Source: a virus. Taken from it: DNA of 64,000 bases. Positions 37,508 to 46,244 of this stretch are shown piece by piece. The notes under the pieces were generated by a model. That model did not search any database. It was not told the DNA's origin and was given only the letters and a program-made list of their open reading frames with translations. Made by a program: the position numbers and the translations under genes. Positions within the stretch are counted from its first letter, which is position 1, and each line of letters starts with the position of its first letter. Location of the stretch: the IMG/VR virus record IMGVR_UViG_3300048065_001187, positions 1-64,000 of that record; one strand, 5' to 3'.

Positions 37508-38334
37508 AAATTGGAGTAATTGGCAATGGGTTTGTTGGTTCTGCAGTTGCCAGCGGTTTCGGTAAATACGATGTAAAAGTTTTCGACAAGAATCCTGATA
37601 TATCGCAGAATTCATTAGAAGAAGTTTTAACTCAAGATTTTGTTTTTATTAGTGTACCAACCCCCATGAAAGATGCCATGGGAGCTGATTGCAATCTATC
37701 AATTATAGAGTCTTGTTTTGATGAAATTGACTCTATTGGTTCAAATGCTATATTTATTATAAAATCTACAGTACCAATCGGCACAACTAAAAACCTACAG
37801 AGTAAACATCGTAATCTTAATATTGTTCATTCTCCCGAGTTCCTGACTGCCAAATTTGCCAAAGAAGATTTTTTAAATGCCGATAGGCATGTGGTAGGGT
37901 ATACTAGAAAGAAAAGTGTTGGTGAAAAAGCTATTAAATTATTCAACAATGCATTCCCGAACATACAAACTATATTAATGAAGAGCGATGAATCTGAATC
38001 CGTTAAGTATATAGCCAATTGCTTCTTTGCAACTAAGGTTAGTTTTTTTAACGAAATCCATGGTTTGATTAATAAGCTTGGGTTAGACTGGCACTCAATT
38101 ATTAATGGCGTAATGAGTGATAAGCGAATCGGGCAATCTCACTTTCAAGTGCCAGGCCATGATGGAGATAAAGGTTTCGGCGGCACATGCTTCCCCAAAG
38201 ATATTAATGCTCTAATAAAAACTTTCGAAAAAAATGGATTAGATCCAAAATTATTAAAATCTGCTTGGGAAGTAAACCTTGATGTAAGGAGCGATTTAGA
38301 TTGGGCTAGGTCAGAATCTGCAGTTAAAGAATAG
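37504..38334 (+). CDS. ugd: UDP-glucose/GDP-mannose 6-dehydrogenase (short form without the C-terminal domain)
   Basis: GVIGNGFVG, VPTP, IKSTVPIGTT, HSPEFL, KYIANCFFATKVSF.NE and GFGGTCFPKD motifs. The real start is likely 37504 (ATGA overlap). Confidence 0.9.
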   Translation: MKIGVIGNGFVGSAVASGFGKYDVKVFDKNPDISQNSLEEVLTQDFVFISVPTPMKDAMGADCNLSIIESCFDEIDSIGSNAIFIIKSTVPIGTTKNLQSKHRNLNIVHSPEFLTAKFAKEDFLNADRHVVGYTRKKSVGEKAIKLFNNAFPNIQTILMKSDESESVKYIANCFFATKVSFFNEIHGLINKLGLDWHSIINGVMSDKRIGQSHFQVPGHDGDKGFGGTCFPKDINALIKTFEKNGLDPKLLKSAWEVNLDVRSDLDWARSESAVKE

Positions 38335-38361
38335 ATTGTTAATAAGTTAGCGAGATTGGTC

Positions 38362-38390
38362 TTGCATTACACGAATTTCTATGGTAACAT
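38362..38390 (+). promoter_or_regulatory. Sigma70-type promoter upstream of nrdA
   Basis: TTGCAT (38362), 17 bp, then TAACAT (38385) with an extended TGn. Confidence 0.55.
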
Positions 38391-38438
38391 AGGAAAATAT
38401 ATCAAATTATTGTTTTTATTGAAATACAAAATACCCCT

Positions 38439-38443
38439 GTGTA
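38439..38443 (+). promoter_or_regulatory. GTGTA upstream element (candidate phage promoter)
   Basis: Begins 15 nt before the nrdA ATG at 38454. Confidence 0.55.
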
Positions 38444-38453
38444 AAATACCTTC

Positions 38454-40904
38454 ATGGATATAAAAGTTAAGAAGAGAAATGGCCGCCTAGAAAGCTTTGA
38501 AGTAGACAAAATTAATGCAAGTGCACAAAGAGCTTGTGAAGAAATAGAAGATGTTTCTGCGAGCGAAATAGTCTTAGATGCACAACTTCAATTATTTGAT
38601 AAAATAACTACCAAAGAAATAGATCAAGCACTGATATTATCTGCTCGTGAAAAGATAGAAAAAGAACCCAATTATTCTTACGCTGCTGCACAGCTTTTAT
38701 TAAATTGTTTGTACAAAGAAGTATTTAAAGAAGGCGTAGATTCCGATGCGTTTAGACTTCAGTATAGAAAAAGCTTTATACAAAATATAAAAAAATTAGT
38801 AAAAGAACACAGGTTAGATAAAAGACTACTTGACTTTGATTTAAATAAATTATCTAATGCATTAAAAATTAGAAGAGATAAAGACTTTAAATACTTAGGT
38901 ATACAAATTCTTTTTGATAGGTATTTCATTAAGCAAGATAGTAAAATAATGGAAACACCTCAAGCCTTTTGGATGCGTGTGGCAATGGGATTAGCTATAA
39001 ACGAAAAAGATAAAGATGAAAAGGCTATAGAATTTTACGATCTATTTAGCCAATTTTTATATACCCCATCGACCCCAACCCTTTTCAACAGTGGAACTAC
39101 TCACTCGCAGCTTAGTTCTTGCTACCTTAATACTTTTGATGATAGTATTGACGGCATCTTTGACGGTGCTTGGCAAGAAGCTCGTAAATCAAAGTACGCC
39201 GGTGGCCTTGGCCTTGATGTTACCCCTTTTCGGTCTACAGGTTCTCATATTCAGGGAACTAACGGCATTTCTAGCGGCTTGGTCCCTTGGCTTAAAATAT
39301 ACAACGATCTTTTGGTCGCAGTAAATCAAGGTGGTAAGCGTCCAGGAGCTGGATGCGCTTATCTTGAGCCATGGCATTTAGATTTCGAAGATTTCTTAAA
39401 TCTAAGAAGAAATACAGGAGATGATAGACTTCGTTGCCATGACATGAACACAGCATCTTGGGTTCCAGACGAATTTATGCGTAGGGTTCAAAATGAAGAC
39501 GCCTGGTATTTCTTTGATCCAAGAGATACTGAAGATGAAAACGGAAAAACCCTTCACGATCTTTTCGGAGAGGATTTTGATAATCGATACGACGAGTTAT
39601 GTAAAGCAGCAGACGCAGGTTCAATTAAAAATTATCGAATAATTCCCGCAAAAGAATTGTGGAAAAAAATGCTGAAAGTTTTATTCGAAACATCCCATCC
39701 TTGGAATACATTTAAAGATCCTTGTAATATACGTTATACAAATCAACATGAAGGAGCAGTTCACAGCTCTAATCTTTGCACAGAAATCACACTACATACC
39801 AAATCTTCTAAATATAAAGCAGGCGAAAAAGTAGAAATTGGAGAAACTGCGGTTTGTAATTTAGGCTCAGTTAATTTAAAAAATCATTTAATAGAGAAGA
39901 CTACTCACGGAAAATCTAATTATGCAATTGACTACAAAAAGTTAGAGTCAACAATTCATACGGCAATTAGAATACTTGACAATGTCATTGATATTAATTT
40001 TTACCCGACTAAGGAAGCGGAAAAATCCAATATTCAACATAGACCAATAGGCTTAGGCATGATGGGCTTGCACGACATTCTACATATGCTTGAGATTCAA
40101 ATTGACAGCAATGAAGCAATAGAATTTAACGATAAGCTTTTTGAGTTTTATTCGTGTCATGCAATATATGCAAGCTCCCTCATTGCCAAAGAAAAAGGAT
40201 CCTATAATACCTACGAAGGATCTTTATGGAGCAAGAGTATTTTACCTATCGATTCTTACAAAAACTTAATGTCTTACAGAGGTAAAAAAGAAGGGCTAAA
40301 AGGCGAAACCTTAGATACTTGGCAAAAAGTGCGTGAGCAAATTAAAGAATCGGGCATGAGAAACTCTAATGTTATGGCTATTGCTCCTACCGCAACTATT
40401 GGTTACATTAATGGAATAGAACAAAGCATAGAGCCAAACTTCTCAGTTCTTTTTGTCTACGAGAATAAAAGCGGTAATTTCTATATCACTAACGAACATT
40501 TTGTTAAAGATATGAAAAATAAAGGTCTCTGGTCGTCCGAAATATCTGCTATGGTGAAAAGTGTTGACGGCGATTTATCACTATTAAATGGATCTATACC
40601 AGAAGAATTGAAACAAAAGTACAAGACAGCATTCGATAGAGATATGTTTAAACTAATCGAATGTAATGCGGTGCGTCAAAAATGGATCGACCAAGCAGTA
40701 AGCTTTAATCTTTATAATAAGACAACATCCTTAAAATATTTAAATGATGTTTACATAGCTTGCTGGGAAGCAGGTTTAAAAACTACATATTACCTAAGAA
40801 ATAGAGCTGCCAGTAAAGTAGAGAAGTCAACAACAGAAGAAGCACCATCTGCATGCAGTATCGAGGCGATGAAAAATGGAGAAACTTGCGAAAGCTGCCA
40901 ATAA
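38454..40904 (+). CDS. nrdA: Ribonucleoside-diphosphate reductase alpha subunit with an N-terminal ATP cone
   Basis: VKKRNG ATP cone, ETPQAFWMRVAMGL, TPTLFNSG..QLSSCY, SSNLCTEI, VCNLGS, IAPTATI, KTTYYLR and a C-terminal CESC. Confidence 0.98.
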   Translation: MDIKVKKRNGRLESFEVDKINASAQRACEEIEDVSASEIVLDAQLQLFDKITTKEIDQALILSAREKIEKEPNYSYAAAQLLLNCLYKEVFKEGVDSDAFRLQYRKSFIQNIKKLVKEHRLDKRLLDFDLNKLSNALKIRRDKDFKYLGIQILFDRYFIKQDSKIMETPQAFWMRVAMGLAINEKDKDEKAIEFYDLFSQFLYTPSTPTLFNSGTTHSQLSSCYLNTFDDSIDGIFDGAWQEARKSKYAGGLGLDVTPFRSTGSHIQGTNGISSGLVPWLKIYNDLLVAVNQGGKRPGAGCAYLEPWHLDFEDFLNLRRNTGDDRLRCHDMNTASWVPDEFMRRVQNEDAWYFFDPRDTEDENGKTLHDLFGEDFDNRYDELCKAADAGSIKNYRIIPAKELWKKMLKVLFETSHPWNTFKDPCNIRYTNQHEGAVHSSNLCTEITLHTKSSKYKAGEKVEIGETAVCNLGSVNLKNHLIEKTTHGKSNYAIDYKKLESTIHTAIRILDNVIDINFYPTKEAEKSNIQHRPIGLGMMGLHDILHMLEIQIDSNEAIEFNDKLFEFYSCHAIYASSLIAKEKGSYNTYEGSLWSKSILPIDSYKNLMSYRGKKEGLKGETLDTWQKVREQIKESGMRNSNVMAIAPTATIGYINGIEQSIEPNFSVLFVYENKSGNFYITNEHFVKDMKNKGLWSSEISAMVKSVDGDLSLLNGSIPEELKQKYKTAFDRDMFKLIECNAVRQKWIDQAVSFNLYNKTTSLKYLNDVYIACWEAGLKTTYYLRNRAASKVEKSTTEEAPSACSIEAMKNGETCESCQ

Positions 40905-41304
40905 ACAAGCTGCTGGCGTAGCCGTAGTTCATGGTTCATCTATTTTATTGGCTAAAAGAATAGAGGTTTGCCCTTTTTCAAAAAAACCCATTACATTTGG
41001 CGGGTATTGGTCTATTTTTTCAGGGGCGATGGACGAAAACGAGTCACCTCCTGTATGTGCTTGTAGAGAGTTAAAAGAAGAAACACAAATTGATATTGGT
41101 GTATCTGAGATTGAATTTATTTGTTCATATAAAAATCCCCATAGTTTACTACATTTATATTGCCACAGATCTGATGAGCTACTTGCTCCTAAATTAAACT
41201 TCGAGCACACTCAATTTGGATGGTTTGATTTAAATACACTAGATTCATTAACTGAAAAAATAGACCTTGACTTAATGAAGGTCATTTCTAATTTTGTTTA
41301 CTAA
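40876..41304 (+). CDS. Nudix hydrolase
   Basis: Nudix box WSIFSGAMDENESPPVCACRELKEET and LNFEHTQFGW. Confidence 0.88.
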   Translation: MEKLAKAANKQAAGVAVVHGSSILLAKRIEVCPFSKKPITFGGYWSIFSGAMDENESPPVCACRELKEETQIDIGVSEIEFICSYKNPHSLLHLYCHRSDELLAPKLNFEHTQFGWFDLNTLDSLTEKIDLDLMKVISNFVY

Positions 41305-41314
41305 ATATTTTTTT

Positions 41315-41319
41315 GTGTA
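41315..41319 (+). promoter_or_regulatory. GTGTA upstream element (candidate phage promoter)
   Basis: Begins 15 nt before ATG 41330. A second copy at 41382 is 14 nt before the in-frame GTG at 41396. Confidence 0.5.
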
Positions 41320-41329
41320 ATAGTATTAC

Positions 41330-41710
41330 ATGGGAGAAATATTAAATTTTATTTGGCGTTCGCTAAGTTTCTGCATTTTTAGTGTAAAAAAATGTGTGAA
41401 CCTTATAATAGAAGCATCTCTCTCAGAGCCGCCAAGTGAAATATCTTGCTTCAGAGATGTTACTTTGTATGGTAAAAGTTTTGTATTTGAAGATGTAGTG
41501 CTTTCTTGTGAACAAGGTACTCGCTCAATATACTGGAATTGGTTAAAATCTCATGGAGCTCATGACTTCGTATCTTATCTTGCACTTGAAACTGAATCTA
41601 TTGATGGAGTTTTAATGCACAGCGAAAAAGGTGACTTTACAATTGATAGAATTACCTCTTTTAATTTGAATAAAATAATAAGTTACCTCCAATCTTTTCG
41701 TCGATTATGA
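41330..41710 (+). CDS. Hypothetical protein (start may be the GTG at 41396)
   Basis: ORF coupled to the next gene. A GTGTA motif precedes both candidate starts. There is a faint HAD-like YWNWLKSHG segment. Confidence 0.55.
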   Translation: MGEILNFIWRSLSFCIFSVKKCVNLIIEASLSEPPSEISCFRDVTLYGKSFVFEDVVLSCEQGTRSIYWNWLKSHGAHDFVSYLALETESIDGVLMHSEKGDFTIDRITSFNLNKIISYLQSFRRL

Positions 41711-41979
41711 AAATTACATCTTTATTTGTTTGCCTCATGTGCCTATTCGTAGGGAATTGCTCAGTAAGAAGTACCAACCAATCTTCTTATCACTCACCTT
41801 ATGTAGCTGCGAGTTCACCAGTTACAACAAAAACATCAACGCCTCAATCTAGTATACAAATTAACACTGAATCCCCAATTCAAGCTATTACCCTTATTAT
41901 TGGTGGTATTTTTGTCTTCTGCCTTGTCAATGGAGCTACTATATACTTGTATTCTAGGTATAAAAAAAATAAAAACTGA
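41707..41979 (+). CDS. Small envelope protein with a lipoprotein-like signal, Ser/Thr-rich linker and C-terminal TM helix
   Basis: MKITSLFVCLMCLFVGNC, then an S/T/P-rich middle, then ITLIIGGIFVFCLVNGATIYLY and a basic tail RYKKNKN. Confidence 0.65.
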   Translation: MKITSLFVCLMCLFVGNCSVRSTNQSSYHSPYVAASSPVTTKTSTPQSSIQINTESPIQAITLIIGGIFVFCLVNGATIYLYSRYKKNKN

Positions 41980-41981
41980 TC

Positions 41982-42010
41982 TTGACTTTAGGTTTATTTC
42001 GTAGTATTAT
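41982..42010 (+). promoter_or_regulatory. Sigma70 promoter of nrdB, predicted leaderless
   Basis: TTGACT (41982), 17 bp, then TATTAT (42005-42010). The ATG starts 7 nt after the -10 and there is no SD. Confidence 0.7.
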
Positions 42011-42016
42011 ATTACT

Positions 42017-43030
42017 ATGTCTGATAAAAGTGGTCAATTACTATCTGAAAATATTGCTGGTGTAAATCGAATTTTGCCTCATAAGCATAAATATGCATGG
42101 GATTTATTCCTTAAAAGTTGCGCAAACAACTGGATGCCTACAGAAATATCCATGCAAAACGATATCAATCAATGGAAAAACAATGAAATCACAGAAGATG
42201 AAAAGCTCCTTGTTAAGCGTTGTCTTGGCTTTTTTGCAGGAAGTGAGTCTCTCGTTGGTAATAACTTGCTTCTTTCTGCTTTTAGATTTATTACTGACGC
42301 TGAATGCCGTCAGTATATTCTGCGTCAAGCTTTTGAAGAAAGCCTTCACAATCTTACGATAGTTTATGTTTGTGACAGTTTAGACTTAGATATCGACGAA
42401 GTTTTTACTGCTTACGAAACCATCCCGAGTATAAAAGCTAAAGATGACTTTCTTATGGGTATAACAGATGATCTCAGTCGCCAAGATTTTGATGCTACCA
42501 CTACAGAAGGCAAACAAGAAATACTTAGAAATTTCTTAACATATTGGATTGTGTGCGAAGGAACATTCTTTTTTAGCGGATTTGCTATGCTTCTTGCCCT
42601 TGGTCGTCAAAACAAGCTGCAGGGTATCTCTGATCAAATTAAATACACGCTTAGAGATGAAAGCTCTCACATTGCGTTTGGAACATATTTAATTAATACA
42701 TTAATTGAGCAAAACCCAGAGATATGGACTCAAGAAATACAAAATGAGTTTATTGATCATATGAAAAAAGCGGTAGAACTAGAGATAGCATATGCAAAAG
42801 ATGTTTTACCTACAGGCATTCTCGGTTTAAATTCTGATATGTTTGTTGACTACATGTATTATATAGGAAACCGAAGGCTTGAAGCTATAGGTTTAGATTA
42901 TCGTTTTCCTAGTGACAAAAATCCATTTCCATGGCTAGGAGAGGTAGTTGACGTTCAAGCTATGGGAAATTTCTTCGAAAGAAGGGTTAGAGAATATCAA
43001 CAAAGCGGCTCATTAGAAGACGATTTTTAA
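42017..43030 (+). CDS. nrdB: Ribonucleotide reductase beta subunit, class Ic (Mn/Fe)-like
   Basis: NWMPTEI, LGFFAGSESLVGNN, RQAFEESLHNLTI, EGTFFFSGF, RDESSH and NFFERRVREY motifs. The first ligand is Glu77 and the radical-Tyr position is Ile115. Confidence 0.96.
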   Translation: MSDKSGQLLSENIAGVNRILPHKHKYAWDLFLKSCANNWMPTEISMQNDINQWKNNEITEDEKLLVKRCLGFFAGSESLVGNNLLLSAFRFITDAECRQYILRQAFEESLHNLTIVYVCDSLDLDIDEVFTAYETIPSIKAKDDFLMGITDDLSRQDFDATTTEGKQEILRNFLTYWIVCEGTFFFSGFAMLLALGRQNKLQGISDQIKYTLRDESSHIAFGTYLINTLIEQNPEIWTQEIQNEFIDHMKKAVELEIAYAKDVLPTGILGLNSDMFVDYMYYIGNRRLEAIGLDYRFPSDKNPFPWLGEVVDVQAMGNFFERRVREYQQSGSLEDDF

Positions 43031-43067
43031 TATAATTATCCATAATTTATTATTATAATAAGTTACT

Positions 43068-43601
43068 TTGGATACTTTTAAATTAAAACTATTAAGACAA
43101 CTAAAAGCTAAATGCTCAGAAATTTCAGAAGAGTTTTCTGAGGTTGATGGATTATTTAATCAGGCTGTCCCTCTTTTTTGCTCTGCTGTTTATTCTTATT
43201 GTGAAGATAATTCTTGCAAAAACCCACTAGATGAATTAGAAGATTCAGAAAAAAAAGACAAGCAAGTTGTCACAGATAATATTAAATCTGTTTACAGAAA
43301 AATAGCTATTCAAACGCACCCTGATAAAGGTGTGAGTGATGAAAATAAAGTTGATCTATATAAAGATGCCGCAAAAGCTAAAAAAAATAACGAAGTAGAT
43401 AAGTTAATTTCTATTGCAAAAGATCTAAAAATTGATATTTCAGATCTAAATTATTCCGATATTAGGTCTATTGAGCAGTCTATATCTGACACAGAAGTTA
43501 AAATTAATAAAATGAGGTCTAGTTACCCATGGATTTGGTTCTTTTCTACAGTTAAAAAAAGAGAAGATATTATATCTAGGTTCGTCCTTAATAAAGTGTA
43601 A
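43068..43601 (+). CDS. J-domain (DnaJ-like) protein
   Basis: IKSVYRKIAIQTHPDKG (HPD motif) lies within a helical protein. Confidence 0.75.
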   Translation: MDTFKLKLLRQLKAKCSEISEEFSEVDGLFNQAVPLFCSAVYSYCEDNSCKNPLDELEDSEKKDKQVVTDNIKSVYRKIAIQTHPDKGVSDENKVDLYKDAAKAKKNNEVDKLISIAKDLKIDISDLNYSDIRSIEQSISDTEVKINKMRSSYPWIWFFSTVKKREDIISRFVLNKV

Positions 43602-43719
43602 TACATAATTTATGGACTGTAGCCTAATAATTTTTGTAAATTTTGTTTTTTGTTTAAGATTTATTTATAAATTAGGAGGTTTATGGCGAAATATGTAATA
43701 TTAAGGTTTAAGGAAATAA

Positions 43720-43827
43720 ATGGCTCGTCTAATTATAAAGAAAACGGCAACTTTGGTGCTCTCAAAGCTATCAAAGATTATCGTTAAGCAGTCTGAGCCC
43801 GAAGGCCCACCGCCTCCGCCTACATAA
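43720..43827 (+). CDS. Small basic peptide with a poly-Pro tail (35 aa)
   Basis: MARLIIKKTATLVLSKLSKIIVKQSEPEGPPPPPT, with TAAGGA upstream. Its stop lies 1 nt before the next ATG. It is below the ORF-track cutoff. Confidence 0.45.
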   Translation: MARLIIKKTATLVLSKLSKIIVKQSEPEGPPPPPT

Positions 43828-43828
43828 A

Positions 43829-44470
43829 ATGATATCTTTTATTAAAAAATCTATATCTTCTATGAAGAATGTGTACGAAATAAAGGGGATGCAAATCCTC
43901 GAGTACCTAGATAGAGAGATTAAATACGAACAATCTTTAAAATATTATACAGACCAGAATCACATAAATAAATTAACAATGGAATACGAAGCTTATCCTT
44001 TTAACGAATCAATTCATAGTCTTAGCTCTATGCCCGAGCCAGCTATAGAAGAAATTATCAGAGTTAATAAACGAATCACAGAACATACTTGGGGTGTTAT
44101 ATTAGAATCAAATAAAGTTTCTGATTTAAATGTTTATATCGCACAAATGAATAAAGTGCAAATAAATGCAAGACAAGCTAATTTTTTTGTTGTTACCGAT
44201 TCAGAAGAAATATTATTAAAACTGCACGATATATTCAACTGGATGAATAAAGTTTTTTATATTGTACCCAATACATACAATAGCAATATAGAAGAAGAAT
44301 ACAGGGCAAGTATTAATTTTCATTGCTTGAAACATCTAGACAAGCATATCTCTACCCCAAACTCTACATACATGAATATGTTAAAGCAAATTGGAGGTAA
44401 ACAGGTTACAGTCCCAAGCCCTAGTAGAGTATTTTGTTTTAACGCCAAAAGATTAGTGCCAGAAGAATGA
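43829..44470 (+). CDS. Divergent fucosyltransferase-like (GT-B C-domain) protein
   Basis: FFVVTDS...RASINFHCLKHLDKHISTPNSTY parallels the FxATD...AxxDxxxL...STF motif of NodZ/GT11/GT23 enzymes. Confidence 0.4.
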   Translation: MISFIKKSISSMKNVYEIKGMQILEYLDREIKYEQSLKYYTDQNHINKLTMEYEAYPFNESIHSLSSMPEPAIEEIIRVNKRITEHTWGVILESNKVSDLNVYIAQMNKVQINARQANFFVVTDSEEILLKLHDIFNWMNKVFYIVPNTYNSNIEEEYRASINFHCLKHLDKHISTPNSTYMNMLKQIGGKQVTVPSPSRVFCFNAKRLVPEE

Positions 44471-45396
44471 AAAGAATATCGTACATAGTTTGCTCTCGTA
44501 ATGATAATTATAACGGCGATTCTGTAGGCAGATGCATCAACACGGTTAATCACGCTTGTGAAATTATCAAAAAAAATAATGTAGAAGATGAATCTGAAGT
44601 TTTGCTTATTGACTGGTGTTCAAGAAATGCGCCAATGAAAGATGCTATCACTAGCGGATTGGTTCCAGAAACTCAAGGCTTGCTTAAAATTGTGACCGTT
44701 CCACCTGATATAGCGGACAAGCATCAAGGCGACTCACCATTCTCTGAGGTTCATGCCATGAATGTAGGTTTCCGCCAGATGGAAGGTAAACATTTTGCTC
44801 GCATCGATCAAGATACATTAATAGGTCAGCGTTTCATGGATTGGTTTCATCATGAATTTGAAGTTAAAGATTATGGTTGGCCGTGGCCCCGTGCATCTTT
44901 TTGCAGCCGCCGAAATTTAGATGAATCACAGTCCCATCATTCTGTTTTTCGCGATTTTATATATGACCAAGAACTTTCCTACAAGGTAGAGATTTGTCAC
45001 GAGCACAATCATTACAGTCGATTGATGCCAAATAAGCAGATCTTTCCTTTTTACGGTGGAGCAGTTGGTGTCATGATGGTTGAAAGAGAGTGTTATCTAG
45101 AGCATAAAGGCTTCAACGAGCAACTTGTATACATGAACAGTATGGATACCGAATTCATGAACAGGATTGCTGCAAAAGAAGATATCTACAATCTATGTCT
45201 AGCGATTGATGCAGATTTCTATCATCAATTCCATGGCCGCGATGATGGCGCGTCAAATGATACTACCCAGCCACATGCGCAACAAGAAGGCGCAAGGAAA
45301 ACTAATTCTTTAGATATTAGAAACAAGTTACTAGATAACCCCAACCCAGATAATTGGGGTTTGCTTGACGAAGACTTGGAGGTTACAGCTTTATGA
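44467..45396 (+). CDS. GT-A fold glycosyltransferase
   Basis: ISYIVCSRNDNY, EVLLIDW, AMNVG, ARIDQD, GFNE and YHQFH motifs. Confidence 0.7.
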   Translation: MKRISYIVCSRNDNYNGDSVGRCINTVNHACEIIKKNNVEDESEVLLIDWCSRNAPMKDAITSGLVPETQGLLKIVTVPPDIADKHQGDSPFSEVHAMNVGFRQMEGKHFARIDQDTLIGQRFMDWFHHEFEVKDYGWPWPRASFCSRRNLDESQSHHSVFRDFIYDQELSYKVEICHEHNHYSRLMPNKQIFPFYGGAVGVMMVERECYLEHKGFNEQLVYMNSMDTEFMNRIAAKEDIYNLCLAIDADFYHQFHGRDDGASNDTTQPHAQQEGARKTNSLDIRNKLLDNPNPDNWGLLDEDLEVTAL

Positions 45397-46244
45397 GTAA
45401 TGTTATTTATGTAATTAACGATTTACCAAAGGACACTGACTTTGCGAATCCTGGCTATAAAGATATGGCATGGGTTCCTCATTGCCTTGGATCTATTGAA
45501 AAGTATGCAGAGAAAATTGGTTGTGATTTAAAGATTATATCAATGTCAGACTTTCCTGGCTATCAAGATATACATCAATATACGTTTAGCCATTACCAGA
45601 AGAGTACGTTTGTTAAAGTTTTGTTTTTGCATGAGTTTTTAAAGACGGACTATAACAAATTCGCATTGCTTGATCTTGATATGGTTGTAAGCAAAACTGC
45701 CCCCGACATTTTTGAGTATCACAAAGATGATGAATTTATGATGCAGTATGGTTTTAACGAAGCAGTAGTCAAAAAGAACGAAGTATTTCTAAAAGAATAT
45801 TTAAAAGCTATCCCTAAAGACGAAGATGTTTATTGGTTTAATGAGAAAACTCAACGCAATATACCCAAGTATAATTTAAACTTAGGCTGCTACATTATGA
45901 GCCGCAAGATTGTATCTGAGATGGTTGAGGTATTACCAGACCAATATTCTATTGTAGATTTCCTAAAAAATCATAACTTAATTGATAACCCAGTTTTGGA
46001 AATACTTGGAGAGCGCAAAGATTTCATTGATCAAGACATGTACGGCTATGCATATGCCAAAACAACTGTTACTGATCACCACAAACCTCTTCAATGGGTG
46101 TGGAATGCGAACTATCAGGCTTGCTTCCAAAAAGGTAAAGATAATAAAGATTTTTACTTATGTCATCTTTGCGGTGAAGACGGAAAAGAGTTCTTGCTAG
46201 ACAATTTAAATAACCCCGAAGTCATGGAGAAGATCGATGTATAG
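45393..46244 (+). CDS. GT-A glycosyltransferase (GT34/GT8-like)
   Basis: YAEKIGCD, FALLDLDMVV...APDIF, NLG.YI, DQD, WN and HLCG motifs. Confidence 0.7.
   Translation: MSNVIYVINDLPKDTDFANPGYKDMAWVPHCLGSIEKYAEKIGCDLKIISMSDFPGYQDIHQYTFSHYQKSTFVKVLFLHEFLKTDYNKFALLDLDMVVSKTAPDIFEYHKDDEFMMQYGFNEAVVKKNEVFLKEYLKAIPKDEDVYWFNEKTQRNIPKYNLNLGCYIMSRKIVSEMVEVLPDQYSIVDFLKNHNLIDNPVLEILGERKDFIDQDMYGYAYAKTTVTDHHKPLQWVWNANYQACFQKGKDNKDFYLCHLCGEDGKEFLLDNLNNPEVMEKIDV

Noticed and set aside
37504-38334. ugd as a pseudogene because the C-terminal domain is missing
   Set aside because: The catalytic motifs are intact, the gene ends cleanly, and no downstream remnant is seen. It is more likely a compact form.
38454-43030. 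Intein, intron or homing endonuclease in the RNR genes
   Set aside because: Both ORFs are continuous, of normal length and without splicing motifs. The intervening ORFs are not endonucleases.
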